Shown piece after piece: positions 17,963-26,530 of a stretch of DNA of 64,000 bases (positions are counted from its first letter, which is position 1; each line of letters opens with the position of its first letter). The DNA is from Prevotella sp. GTDB taxonomy: Bacteria > Bacteroidota > Bacteroidia > Bacteroidales > Bacteroidaceae. Below the pieces are notes generated by a model, which worked only from the letters and a program-made list of their open reading frames with translations, was not told the origin of the DNA and did not search any database. The stretch covers positions 4,805 through 68,804 of the forward strand of contig JAFTFO010000017.1 in the NCBI GenBank assembly GCA_017449495.1. Reading direction: 5' to 3'. The translations under genes were made by a program, and so were the position numbers.

Positions 17963-20392
17963 TTAATTAACTATAACCTTTCTCCCTCCGACGATGTAGA
18001 TGCCTCGTGGCAGGCCGTCAAGTGAGGTGCTGCCAGAGCGAACCTTGTGACCATTGAGGTCGTAGACGTCTTTGGCATAAGTAGGCTCGTTGCTGATGGC
18101 ATGGATGCCAGTGGCATCGTAGAGGGCTGTGATGGATAGGCTACTACACTGGGGCATTGTCATTTCCAGGCGGTTGCCCTGAAATTCCTCTGTCTTTGAA
18201 CCGTCGGTAACGACTTTCCATCCAGTGATTACCTTATCTGATTCTTGATCGCCCTCCAAGGTAATAGTCCTGTTGGGGAAGAACTTGCCGTCGAATGAAC
18301 CCTTGCTGAGCAGAATGCCATTGAAACGGATACCAACTTCGTCTGCACCATCTACGTCTTTGTTGATGGTCATCGTAGTGGCGGTTCCCAATTTGTAGTA
18401 GTCGGTCATCTGCTTGATAAAGGTGTCGTGACGGCTCTTCAGCCAGTTCTGGACATTCTTCACCTCATTCTTGATGTTGTCTTCATTGTTGCCGCCCCAC
18501 CACCAGCCCCAGGGACTTGGCGGATTCAACTCATCACGGTGTATCAACAGTTCGTCTTTGACAAGTTCGTACATGGGGTCCCAAACAGCACGTATGCCCT
18601 TCTCGTTAAGGAAGTCACCCATATAGATGAAGCAGTGATCAATGAACTCACGGTTAAAGTCAGGGTCCTCCATCAGGTTGCGGAAGAGCATCGTAGCCTC
18701 CTTACTATTGGCCCATGTCCTGTCTCTGTCGTAAGTGTGGTTATAGTCGTAGATCCACTTGATCGTGTTAAAGTCAGCCCTCGAACCATAGAGGCCGAGT
18801 CCGAAATCGGTGTCCTTGGAGATCCAGCGCCACTTGCCGCCCTCTGCTGTCGGGCGCCACATGACAATATTGTTGCCAGGGAAGTCCTGATTGTTGAAAT
18901 ACAGGTTCATGACCATCAGGTTGATATATTCCTTCCAGTCCATCCACTCAGCATATTCTGCCAGCGTGTGACCTGTCTCAGTATAGAACTTGACGAACTT
19001 GTCATAGTTGTCGGAGGTACCGGCCTTCAACTCTCCAATCATCTTATTGTTCTCCTGAGCAATCTCGACCATATCGATATCCTCGAGTTCGTCGTAGTTC
19101 GTGAAGATGTTATCATCGTTGCTGCGCTCTCGGATGTTAAGCATACAGTGGTATTCGCCGTTGATATAGACCACTGCCGGGCGCCAGGCCTGCCAGTCGA
19201 GGTCGGCGTGCTGGGCCATGGAGCGCTGGATGATGGCATCCCGCATATACAGTCCGTCGATATCGTTACCGGCATTGCGCAGCATGATACTCTTGAAGTT
19301 CGTCACTCCGGGCTTCTGGTCAGGGAAGAACTCGTACTCGAGGCGCTTGGTGCCAAAACGCTTGTTGGCATAGACGGCCATCGACTTTCTGGCCCAGTCT
19401 CTTGACTGACCACCCATGATGCGTGTCTCGCATATCTGGTTCAGTACACTTTTCTTGTTGGGTTCGTCGAAGAGCTCGAAGCTGATGGGGCGACGCCAGT
19501 TGATCTGGTTGGCCTTGCTGTTGATACGGAAGATACCCTGGCTGCCATTCAGATAGTCATCGTTGGTGGTGATGGAGATGACGGGAATGGTCATGTCGCG
19601 ATCGAGAAAGATGTAAGACTGAACAGTAGAACGAGGTGAGAGCCAGCCGTCGCAGAAGAGCTTGGCGCGAATGGCGTAGCTGTCGTTGATGGAGATCTCC
19701 TCATCATAGAGGTAACTGTCCTTGGTTGGCTCACGACCATCGGTGGTGTAGTAGATCCGTGTACCCTCCGGTGCACCCTTTGGAAGGGAGAGGACAAGGG
19801 TGATGCTTTCAGAAGTTGTTAGTACACGGCCCGGTTCACTGAACACCGGTTCGCCGAGGATATGCTTCTCGTCACAGACTTCTCCGCAGTTAGTAGCCCC
19901 TGGTGTGGGCTCCAGCTGGTAGCCCCATTCACTACCGCCATCCGTCTTACGGCCATAGGCAATGTTGGGGGCTGGCATCTTAGCCAGTGCTCCAGGGAGA
20001 CTGTCTATGACCTCATTGCCCTTGAACAGATAGACGACGCAGCCTTTGCCAGACTCCAGACGGAAGTCGGTGTGAAGGCCAGTTTCCTCTTTGTCACAGT
20101 AGACCACCATGAAGCCCTTGGCCTCGATGGTCTTGCTGGGCAATTGCCACGCACTTTCAGCCTCGGTTCCTATCTTGTAGTCCTTCAGGTCGATGGCCTC
20201 ATTGCTGTTATTAAAGAGCTCAACCCACGAATCAGGGAACTCGTGCAGGTCGTCCATGATACAGTCGATGTTTGATTGCATCAGTTCGTTGATCACCAGT
20301 CTTGGGGTGTTCTGGTCGTCAGCTTGTGTTGGTAAAAAGTTTGTCGTCAGCAAGACGAGTAAACAATAACAGATCTTTCTCAGTTGTTTCAT
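17963..20392 (-). CDS. CotH kinase family secreted protein, host-like GC copy
   Basis: Likely start ATG 20392 (MKQLRKICYCLLVLL signal peptide), downstream of a TACCTTTG box at 20427-20420. Same domain order as the neighbour, with NQDFPGNN and KDTDFGLG. Confidence 0.8.
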   Translation of the reverse strand: MKQLRKICYCLLVLLTTNFLPTQADDQNTPRLVINELMQSNIDCIMDDLHEFPDSWVELFNNSNEAIDLKDYKIGTEAESAWQLPSKTIEAKGFMVVYCDKEETGLHTDFRLESGKGCVVYLFKGNEVIDSLPGALAKMPAPNIAYGRKTDGGSEWGYQLEPTPGATNCGEVCDEKHILGEPVFSEPGRVLTTSESITLVLSLPKGAPEGTRIYYTTDGREPTKDSYLYDEEISINDSYAIRAKLFCDGWLSPRSTVQSYIFLDRDMTIPVISITTNDDYLNGSQGIFRINSKANQINWRRPISFELFDEPNKKSVLNQICETRIMGGQSRDWARKSMAVYANKRFGTKRLEYEFFPDQKPGVTNFKSIMLRNAGNDIDGLYMRDAIIQRSMAQHADLDWQAWRPAVVYINGEYHCMLNIRERSNDDNIFTNYDELEDIDMVEIAQENNKMIGELKAGTSDNYDKFVKFYTETGHTLAEYAEWMDWKEYINLMVMNLYFNNQDFPGNNIVMWRPTAEGGKWRWISKDTDFGLGLYGSRADFNTIKWIYDYNHTYDRDRTWANSKEATMLFRNLMEDPDFNREFIDHCFIYMGDFLNEKGIRAVWDPMYELVKDELLIHRDELNPPSPWGWWWGGNNEDNIKNEVKNVQNWLKSRHDTFIKQMTDYYKLGTATTMTINKDVDGADEVGIRFNGILLSKGSFDGKFFPNRTITLEGDQESDKVITGWKVVTDGSKTEEFQGNRLEMTMPQCSSLSITALYDATGIHAISNEPTYAKDVYDLNGHKVRSGSTSLDGLPRGIYIVGGRKVIVN
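17973..18070. repeat. 98-bp direct repeat, copy 2 (3' end of the second CotH gene)
   Basis: Matches 15484-15581 at 95 of 98 nt. Confidence 0.9.
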
Positions 20393-20496
20393 TTTGATGG
20401 TTTCATAAAATTTCGGGTGCAAAGGTATAAAATTATTGTGAAGAAATGATGGCAAAATAATAATTATTTTGTACCTTTGCAGTTCGAATGTAACAA

Positions 20497-22956
20497 ATGA
20501 TAAAGAATATGAAACATCAGCTATCAACCCTTCTCGCCTCCGTCCTGCTGGCAAGCCCTCTTTTTGCCCAGGTGAAGACGGAGATCCGTACGTTTAACTT
20601 GGCCGGGCCTTATGCCGTGACGGCCCCGCTGTCACTTGACACAGTAGATGCTCAAGGACGAAAGTTTGATGACGCGTCGTTGATGGGAGCCATCTCTCCC
20701 GTCTCGCCTGCTACTGGTAAGTTCGACGGTCAGATCATTCCCTCGCTTGCAGATTGTAAAAGTGTCGGCCTTCTCACCTTTTATATAAATAATAGCGACT
20801 ACCTGAAGGGTAAGATCGCTGTGAAAGGCCCCAAGAACTATAAGCTTTTCATCGATGGTCAGGAGGCTGGCGAGGAACTGAAGCTGGCCCCAGAGCACCA
20901 CGCTTTTGCCATTAAATATCTGGCAGCTGCGAAAGACACGGACTCTATTCACGTAGTGATCGAGGCCGACAAGGCCGTTGCCTATACGCTCGACAAGGCT
21001 CATCCCTATATGGCCCACGACCTGTTCGACGGCAAGCGGGTGCGCAGTGCCCGTCTCTCTGCCGATGGCGCCTACGTCGTGGTGGGGTATCAGACCACCG
21101 AACGAGGTGGCAAGACCCAGTGGAACTACGAACTGCGCGAGGTGAAGACAGGGCGCCAGCTCTCTGCTCTGCCAGCTAATGTGGAGTGGATGCCCAAGAG
21201 CATAGCTTGGACTTCCGAGGAGACGGTAGGCACAAACCGCTCTCTTTATAAGGTCAATCCCGTTTCGGGCGAGCGAACCCTGTTGGCGTCCCATCTGCCT
21301 GAGGGCAGTCTGAGCGTCAGCCCGACAGAAGACTACCTCATTATCTCTGCCGAGGAAGAGGGCACTAAGGAGGATGCTGAGGTGTTCGAGGTGCTGGAGA
21401 TGGACGACCGACAGCCGGAGTGGCGCAAGCGCAGCTATCTGTTGAAGTATGATCTGGCCAGCGGCCTCTGCCAGCGTATTACGTTTGGCCCGAAGAACAC
21501 CTACCTCTTGGATATCACTGCCGATGGTAAGACACTGCTTTTAGGTACGCCTTATAGCAGACTTGCCAAGCGTCCGACGGAGGTGATGGATCTGGTGATG
21601 GTCGATGCACAGACCTTCCGTGCCGATACCCTCTTCGCTTGCGAGGGCTTCATCAGCAGCGGCACCTTCTCACCAGACGGTTCACAGATTCTCATCACGG
21701 GTACTCCAGAGGCCTTCGACCGTATCGGCTGTCAGTTGCCAGCCGAGGTGACACCCAGCATGACGGAGAACGAACTGTTCCTCTATGATATAGCCACCCG
21801 TCAGGTGAAGCCTCTTACCAAGGACTTCGACCCCTCCATCGACAAGCTGATTGCTTGGTCGAAGGCCGACGGACAAGTCTATTTCACGGCCGAAAACCGC
21901 GACTATGTGCATCTGTTCTCGTTGAATCCCAAGACGGGTGACATCAAGAAGATGGCCGCCCAGGGTGACGATATCTATCGGGTTGATATGGCCGAGCATG
22001 CTCCGGTCTTCGCGTACCTTTCTTATAATACAATGGAACCCGCCTCGGCCTACCTGATGAGAAGTGAGAAAGGAAAAGTGAAAAGTGATAAACTGTTCGA
22101 CGGACGCACGGCCCTTGGTGATGCAGAGGTAGGAACCTGTGAGGACTGGAACTTCCAGAACTCCCGTGGCGACACCGTCTATGGCCGTCTCTACCTGCCG
22201 AAGGACTTCGACGCCACGAAGCAGTATCCGATGATCGTCTATTACTATGGCGGCTGCTCACCGGTGAGCCGATACTTCGAGTCGCCCTACGCCCCGCAGT
22301 ACTGGAACTCTTTAGGCTATGTGGCCTATATCCTCCAGCCCAGTGGAGCCACGGGCTTCGGTCAGGAGTGGGCCTCCCGCCATGTGAATACGGCGGGCCG
22401 TGGTCCTGCTGAGGATATCATCGAGGGCACAAAGAAGATTTGCGAAGCCCATTCCTTCATCAATCCGAAGAAGATAGGCTGCATGGGAGCCTCGTATGGA
22501 GGTTTCATGACACAGTACTTGCAGACGCAGACCGACATTTTCGCTGCCGCCGTTTCCCATGCCGGCATCGCCAACCACACCAGCTACTGGGGTGAGGGCT
22601 ACTGGGGATATAACTACAGTGAGGTGTCGATGGCCAACAGCTATCCCTGGAGCCACCGCCAGCTGTTCGTGGACCAGAGCCCGCTCTTCAATGCCGACAA
22701 GATTCACACACCGCTGTTGCTGCTGCATGGCAATGCCGACACGAACGTGCCTTTGATTGAGAGTCTGCAGATGTTCACGGCCTTGAAGCTCTTAGGACGT
22801 GAGGTGGCCCTCGTCGAAGTGGAGGGTGAGAACCATCACATCCTGGAGTATGGCAAGAAAGAAAAGTGGCTTGCCACCCAGATGGCCTGGTTCCAGCGCT
22901 GGCTGAAAGACGATCCATCGTGGTGGGAAGCCCTCTATCCGAAGAAGAATTTGTAA
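20497..22956 (+). CDS. S9 family serine peptidase (prolyl oligopeptidase / acylaminoacyl-peptidase-like), exported
   Basis: Signal peptide (start 20497 or 20509), beta-propeller-like region, nucleophile GASYGG, Asp in HGNADTNV, His in GENHHI. Confidence 0.88.
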   Translation: MIKNMKHQLSTLLASVLLASPLFAQVKTEIRTFNLAGPYAVTAPLSLDTVDAQGRKFDDASLMGAISPVSPATGKFDGQIIPSLADCKSVGLLTFYINNSDYLKGKIAVKGPKNYKLFIDGQEAGEELKLAPEHHAFAIKYLAAAKDTDSIHVVIEADKAVAYTLDKAHPYMAHDLFDGKRVRSARLSADGAYVVVGYQTTERGGKTQWNYELREVKTGRQLSALPANVEWMPKSIAWTSEETVGTNRSLYKVNPVSGERTLLASHLPEGSLSVSPTEDYLIISAEEEGTKEDAEVFEVLEMDDRQPEWRKRSYLLKYDLASGLCQRITFGPKNTYLLDITADGKTLLLGTPYSRLAKRPTEVMDLVMVDAQTFRADTLFACEGFISSGTFSPDGSQILITGTPEAFDRIGCQLPAEVTPSMTENELFLYDIATRQVKPLTKDFDPSIDKLIAWSKADGQVYFTAENRDYVHLFSLNPKTGDIKKMAAQGDDIYRVDMAEHAPVFAYLSYNTMEPASAYLMRSEKGKVKSDKLFDGRTALGDAEVGTCEDWNFQNSRGDTVYGRLYLPKDFDATKQYPMIVYYYGGCSPVSRYFESPYAPQYWNSLGYVAYILQPSGATGFGQEWASRHVNTAGRGPAEDIIEGTKKICEAHSFINPKKIGCMGASYGGFMTQYLQTQTDIFAAAVSHAGIANHTSYWGEGYWGYNYSEVSMANSYPWSHRQLFVDQSPLFNADKIHTPLLLLHGNADTNVPLIESLQMFTALKLLGREVALVEVEGENHHILEYGKKEKWLATQMAWFQRWLKDDPSWWEALYPKKNL

Positions 22957-22966
22957 GTGATATGGT

Positions 22967-23632
22967 TTATCGATACAGAGTGACGGTGCCCCCGTCACTC
23001 TGTGCATATTTGCGCAGCAGCTCCTGGATGAACTGTGCATTGGCAGTGACACGCTGCTCGTTGCCGTCGTAGCCGTTGATGAGCACCACGAGATGAGTCG
23101 TGCCGAGTGTGATCTTGGTACGTTCGTGGTCACTGGTCGGCGTGCCCACACCCCCTTCGGCATCACGGTAGACGGGCAGTCCGGCGATGTTCAGCATACC
23201 TCTTCCGATGCCCTCGTAGGGCTCTCCCTCCCGTCCGACACCCAAGGTGAGCGTGTCTCCCACGAACTTATCGGCGTCGAAACCGCCGATGCTGTAGCCG
23301 TAGGCGATGGAAGCGAGGTTGATCAGGTCGACGAGGGTGCCTATCTGATACAGTTCCTTGCCTTGAAGCATCCGTCGGATGAGTTGTTCACTGGCCGGAC
23401 GATAGCGTGAGGGATCCTTTCCGCAGGCCTTGTAGACCCGTCTGGTGGCGGCGATGCCGGGCAGGTCCTTCAGGCTCTCAGTGGTCAGTTCCTGACGGAA
23501 ACGGTCTTCAAGGACGTGTATCTCGTCCCATAGCTCTGACGAGTAGGGCGTGTTCACCACCTGTGCCTCGACGGCAGCCCCCACGAATGTAGGGCATACC
23601 GTTTCTATCTCTTGTGATACGATGATATGCAT
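22967..23632 (-). CDS. Stand-alone B3/B4 domain protein (PheRS beta-like, possible tRNA editing)
   Basis: 221 aa. GKDPSRYRPASEQLIRR, LVDLINLASI, GGFDADK, GTPTSDHERT. Confidence 0.8.
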   Translation of the reverse strand: MHIIVSQEIETVCPTFVGAAVEAQVVNTPYSSELWDEIHVLEDRFRQELTTESLKDLPGIAATRRVYKACGKDPSRYRPASEQLIRRMLQGKELYQIGTLVDLINLASIAYGYSIGGFDADKFVGDTLTLGVGREGEPYEGIGRGMLNIAGLPVYRDAEGGVGTPTSDHERTKITLGTTHLVVLINGYDGNEQRVTANAQFIQELLRKYAQSDGGTVTLYR

Positions 23633-23643
23633 AATGCCTTTAT

Positions 23644-24516
23644 TTATCCGATGGTGATCTCGTATCTTGACATGAAAGAAGCGCCGGGCTGCAGGTGATT
23701 CATCAGAGGCTTGTCCTTGAACTCACCCTTGAAGCCGCGTGGGTCGCCGATGCCGTACCACGGTTCTATGCAGACGAACGGCGCCTGCTTGCCGTAAGGA
23801 CTCCAGAAGGCGATGACCGGCGTGCGGAAGGTCACCGTCACCTCCGGCTCACCATCGGCTCCCAACAGTTCTGCACGATGCAGCTGGCACTTATGAACCT
23901 TGATGGAGTCATTGCGCCACGTGTTGTCAGAGAACTCCATGATGCCGTCTTCCGCCTCGATGAAGGGGACTTCGTCCATCTCGTGTGAGCCGTCGCCATA
24001 GCTGTGGAGGGCATCCATCGGCTCTTGATTGTCGAGACGGATACGGCCGTACTGGCTTTCGCCAGCCTTCATGCCAGGGACATTGAAGGCCGGATGACCA
24101 CCTATCTGGAAGTGTATCTCCCTTGTGTCGTTATTATAGACGTGCCAGATGACGCCTATTTTGTTACCGTCGAGCACGTAGCTGACGCTGAGGGTGAAGT
24201 CGTAAGGATATACCTTCTTCGTCTCTTCGCTCGATTCGAGGGCGAAGGTCACCTTGCGCTCACTTTCGGCGATGAGCTTAAACTCGGCATCACGGGCAAA
24301 GCCGTGACGCGGCAAGTGGAATTCCTGACCGTCCACACGATAGGTCTCGTCGTTGACGCTGCACACGATGGGGAAGAGAATAGGGGAGTGGCGAGGCCAG
24401 AAGTTGGGGTCAGCCTGCCACAGGTACTCCTTACCGGCGGCATCCTTGATGCTCTGGAGCTCGGCTCCTTTCTCCGATACGGTGATGGAGAGTTGTTCGT
24501 TTCTTAGTTCTACCAT
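23644..24516 (-). CDS. Aldose 1-epimerase family protein (LacX-like)
   Basis: Start likely ATG 24516 (MVELRNEQ). GAELQSI, EYLWQAD, SPILFP, HGFARD, GGHPAF, FVCIEPW. Confidence 0.85.
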   Translation of the reverse strand: MVELRNEQLSITVSEKGAELQSIKDAAGKEYLWQADPNFWPRHSPILFPIVCSVNDETYRVDGQEFHLPRHGFARDAEFKLIAESERKVTFALESSEETKKVYPYDFTLSVSYVLDGNKIGVIWHVYNNDTREIHFQIGGHPAFNVPGMKAGESQYGRIRLDNQEPMDALHSYGDGSHEMDEVPFIEAEDGIMEFSDNTWRNDSIKVHKCQLHRAELLGADGEPEVTVTFRTPVIAFWSPYGKQAPFVCIEPWYGIGDPRGFKGEFKDKPLMNHLQPGASFMSRYEITIG

Positions 24517-24517
24517 A

Positions 24518-25003
24518 TTATTTTGCTTTTGAGATAAGTATTGTAAATATGATGATTTCAAGTAAGAGGATGGTCACCACCGCCAGTATAGGAAGGGGAG
24601 ACGGGGATTGCATGCCCAGTAAGGTATAAGTTACAGCCAGGGCTAACAGCAAGAAAGTCATAGCAGCTACTCGGGTACTGCGGATAGTCAGCTCCACTTG
24701 ACGGATGTTAGTGATCTTGACAGGCATGTTGATGAGTCGTGGGTGATAAGCCAGCACCATCATGCCGACGCCTGCGATGGTCAGGATAGCACAGGGGATG
24801 GCGATGCCCACTGGCGAGCCGTAGGCATTAGGCTTGCCCGATGCGTCGAAGTGGGTCGGCACGATGTCTGGTGCCTGATGGATCATCCAGAGGATCAGGC
24901 CCCATACGATGATGGCCACAATCACGAAGGCTATCTCGAAGATGGTGCCCTCGGTGGTGCGATGCACCTTCACGTTCTTGATGTCAAAGTTGTTCTGTTC
25001 CAT
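24518..25003 (-). CDS. DUF1648/SdpI-like membrane protein
   Basis: Start likely ATG 25003 (MEQNN). Four hydrophobic segments and the PDIVPTHFDASGKPNAYG signature. Confidence 0.75.
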   Translation of the reverse strand: MEQNNFDIKNVKVHRTTEGTIFEIAFVIVAIIVWGLILWMIHQAPDIVPTHFDASGKPNAYGSPVGIAIPCAILTIAGVGMMVLAYHPRLINMPVKITNIRQVELTIRSTRVAAMTFLLLALAVTYTLLGMQSPSPLPILAVVTILLLEIIIFTILISKAK

Positions 25004-25175
25004 TGTCTTTCTTCTTTTTAGGCAGACGCTTAGCCTTTCGCAGGGCCTCAGTGATGATCCACTGCAGTTGTCCATTGGTGCTGCGGAACTCGTCGGCAGC
25101 CCAGGCCTCTATCGCGTCCATCATGTCACTGTCGACACGCAGGATGAAGTTCTTGGTGCTCTTCTTCTCTGCCAT
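24984..25175 (-). CDS. Arc/ribbon-helix-helix DNA-binding protein
   Basis: 63 aa. KNFILRVD beta-strand followed by helices WAADEFRSTNGQLQWIITEAL. Confidence 0.85.
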   Translation of the reverse strand: MAEKKSTKNFILRVDSDMMDAIEAWAADEFRSTNGQLQWIITEALRKAKRLPKKKKDNGTEQL

Positions 25176-25178
25176 AGA

Positions 25179-26144
25179 TTAATGATTCAGCGTTCCTGTG
25201 TTCACAACGGGCTGGGCACTGTCGTCGCCACAGAGTACCACGAGCAGATTAGAGACCATAGCGGCCTTCTTGTCATCGTCGAGATCCACGATGTCCTCGC
25301 TTGAAAGCTTGTCGAGCGCCATCTTCACCATCGAGACGGCTCCCTCCACGATCTTCTCGCGGGCCGTGATGATGGCCGAAGCCTGCTGGCGGCGCAGCAT
25401 CACGGCTGCGATCTCGGGGGCATAGGCCAGGTAGTTGATGCGGGCCTCGACCACCTCGATGCCTGCCAGGGCCAGACGCTCGTCGAGCTTCTGCTCCAGC
25501 TGCTCGTTGATCTCGTCGGCACTTGAGCGCAGTGTGGGCTCGTCGTGCTTGTTGTCCTCATCGTCGTAGGCATACTGGCCAGCCACCTGACGGAGGGCTG
25601 CGTCGCTTTGCACACGGACGAAGTTCTCAAGGGCGTTCATCAGTCCCTTGGTGTCCGACCCCACGGTATTGGGGTTCGACGCCATTGTCTGGGAGTCTAC
25701 TTCGAAGAGGGCCTTGTAGGTATCCTTCAGTTTCCATACCAGCACCAGACCGATCATCACGGGGTTACCCGTCTTGTCGTTCACCTTGATGGGCTCTGCA
25801 TCGAGGTTGCGGGCACGCAGCGACACCTTCTTCGTGCTGTAGAAGGGGTTGATCCAGAAGAAGCCCGTCGTCGAGAACGTGCCGCTGTACTTACCGAACC
25901 AGGTGGTAACCTTGGCCTCGTTGGGCTCCAGCATCTGGAAACCGCACCACATTATTATATTTATAATGAGCAACAAGATGCTGCCTCCCAGCATCCAACC
26001 ACCTACGCTGCCGTCGCTGGCATCAAGAAGGATGATGCTGTGGATGATGCCAATGATGGCAATGACTAACACGACAAAGTTGAAGAACAGCATCAGAAAG
26101 CCGTTCATCACCATTCCTTTGAATGTAAATTCCTTATTCTCCAT
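25179..26144 (-). CDS. SPFH (band 7/stomatin-like) membrane protein
   Basis: 321 aa. Two N-terminal TMs, KVNDKTGNPV, EARINYLAYAPEIAAVMLRRQQASA, AAMVSNLLVVLC. Confidence 0.88.
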   Translation of the reverse strand: MENKEFTFKGMVMNGFLMLFFNFVVLVIAIIGIIHSIILLDASDGSVGGWMLGGSILLLIINIIMWCGFQMLEPNEAKVTTWFGKYSGTFSTTGFFWINPFYSTKKVSLRARNLDAEPIKVNDKTGNPVMIGLVLVWKLKDTYKALFEVDSQTMASNPNTVGSDTKGLMNALENFVRVQSDAALRQVAGQYAYDDEDNKHDEPTLRSSADEINEQLEQKLDERLALAGIEVVEARINYLAYAPEIAAVMLRRQQASAIITAREKIVEGAVSMVKMALDKLSSEDIVDLDDDKKAAMVSNLLVVLCGDDSAQPVVNTGTLNH

Positions 26145-26163
26145 AATGATTAAGTTTTAAAAT

Positions 26164-26189
26164 GATATCAATTTGATATCGCAAAGATA
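26164..26189 (-). promoter_or_regulatory. -7 box plus perfect 17-bp palindrome (candidate Arc operator)
   Basis: TATCTTTG (26189-26182) lies next to GATATCAA-T-TTGATATC (26164-26180), which covers the expected transcription start. Confidence 0.65.
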
Positions 26190-26301
26190 TGAACAATTTT
26201 TGGAATGGCAATGGATTTGACCGTGTTTTTAACACGTTTTAATAGCTACTTAGTGTTGTACTTAGCAGTGTTAAATCGGATGGAGATAGGACCTTTGTGA
26301 G

Positions 26302-26411
26302 TAAACTCAGTGTGTTTGTTTAGCAAATTCAGTGAAATTGCAATGCAAATTCAGTGAATTTGGTCACCAATTTCAGTGAATTTGGTCTGTAAATTCAGTG
26401 AATTTGCTAAA
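26302..26411. repeat. Five palindromic 17-mers (consensus CAAATTCAGTGAATTTG) at an exact 22-bp period
   Basis: Units start at 26302, 26324, 26346, 26368 and 26390, separated by variable 5-nt spacers TTTAG, CAATG, GTCAC and GTCTG. Confidence 0.9.
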
Positions 26412-26469
26412 TAAGGGATTATTTGCATCAAAATAAGCCCCTATTGGAAGTGCAAATAACTCTGCTTTC

Positions 26470-26502
26470 TTTGTGTTTTGTCGAATATTTCCACTACCTT
26501 TG
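26470..26502 (+). promoter_or_regulatory. Promoter of the outer-membrane protein-mnmA unit
   Basis: TTTG (26470-26473), 21 nt spacer, TACCTTTG (26495-26502). Confidence 0.6.
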
Positions 26503-26530
26503 CACCCAAATACGAACACTGATTGGAGAT

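Noticed and set aside
20393-20554. N-terminal extension of the second CotH ORF in the ORF track
   Set aside because: It overlaps the divergent peptidase start and promoter boxes. The signal peptide begins at ATG 20392.
26302-26411. CRISPR array
   Set aside because: Repeats of 17 bp with 5-nt spacers are far below CRISPR dimensions, and no cas genes are in the window.
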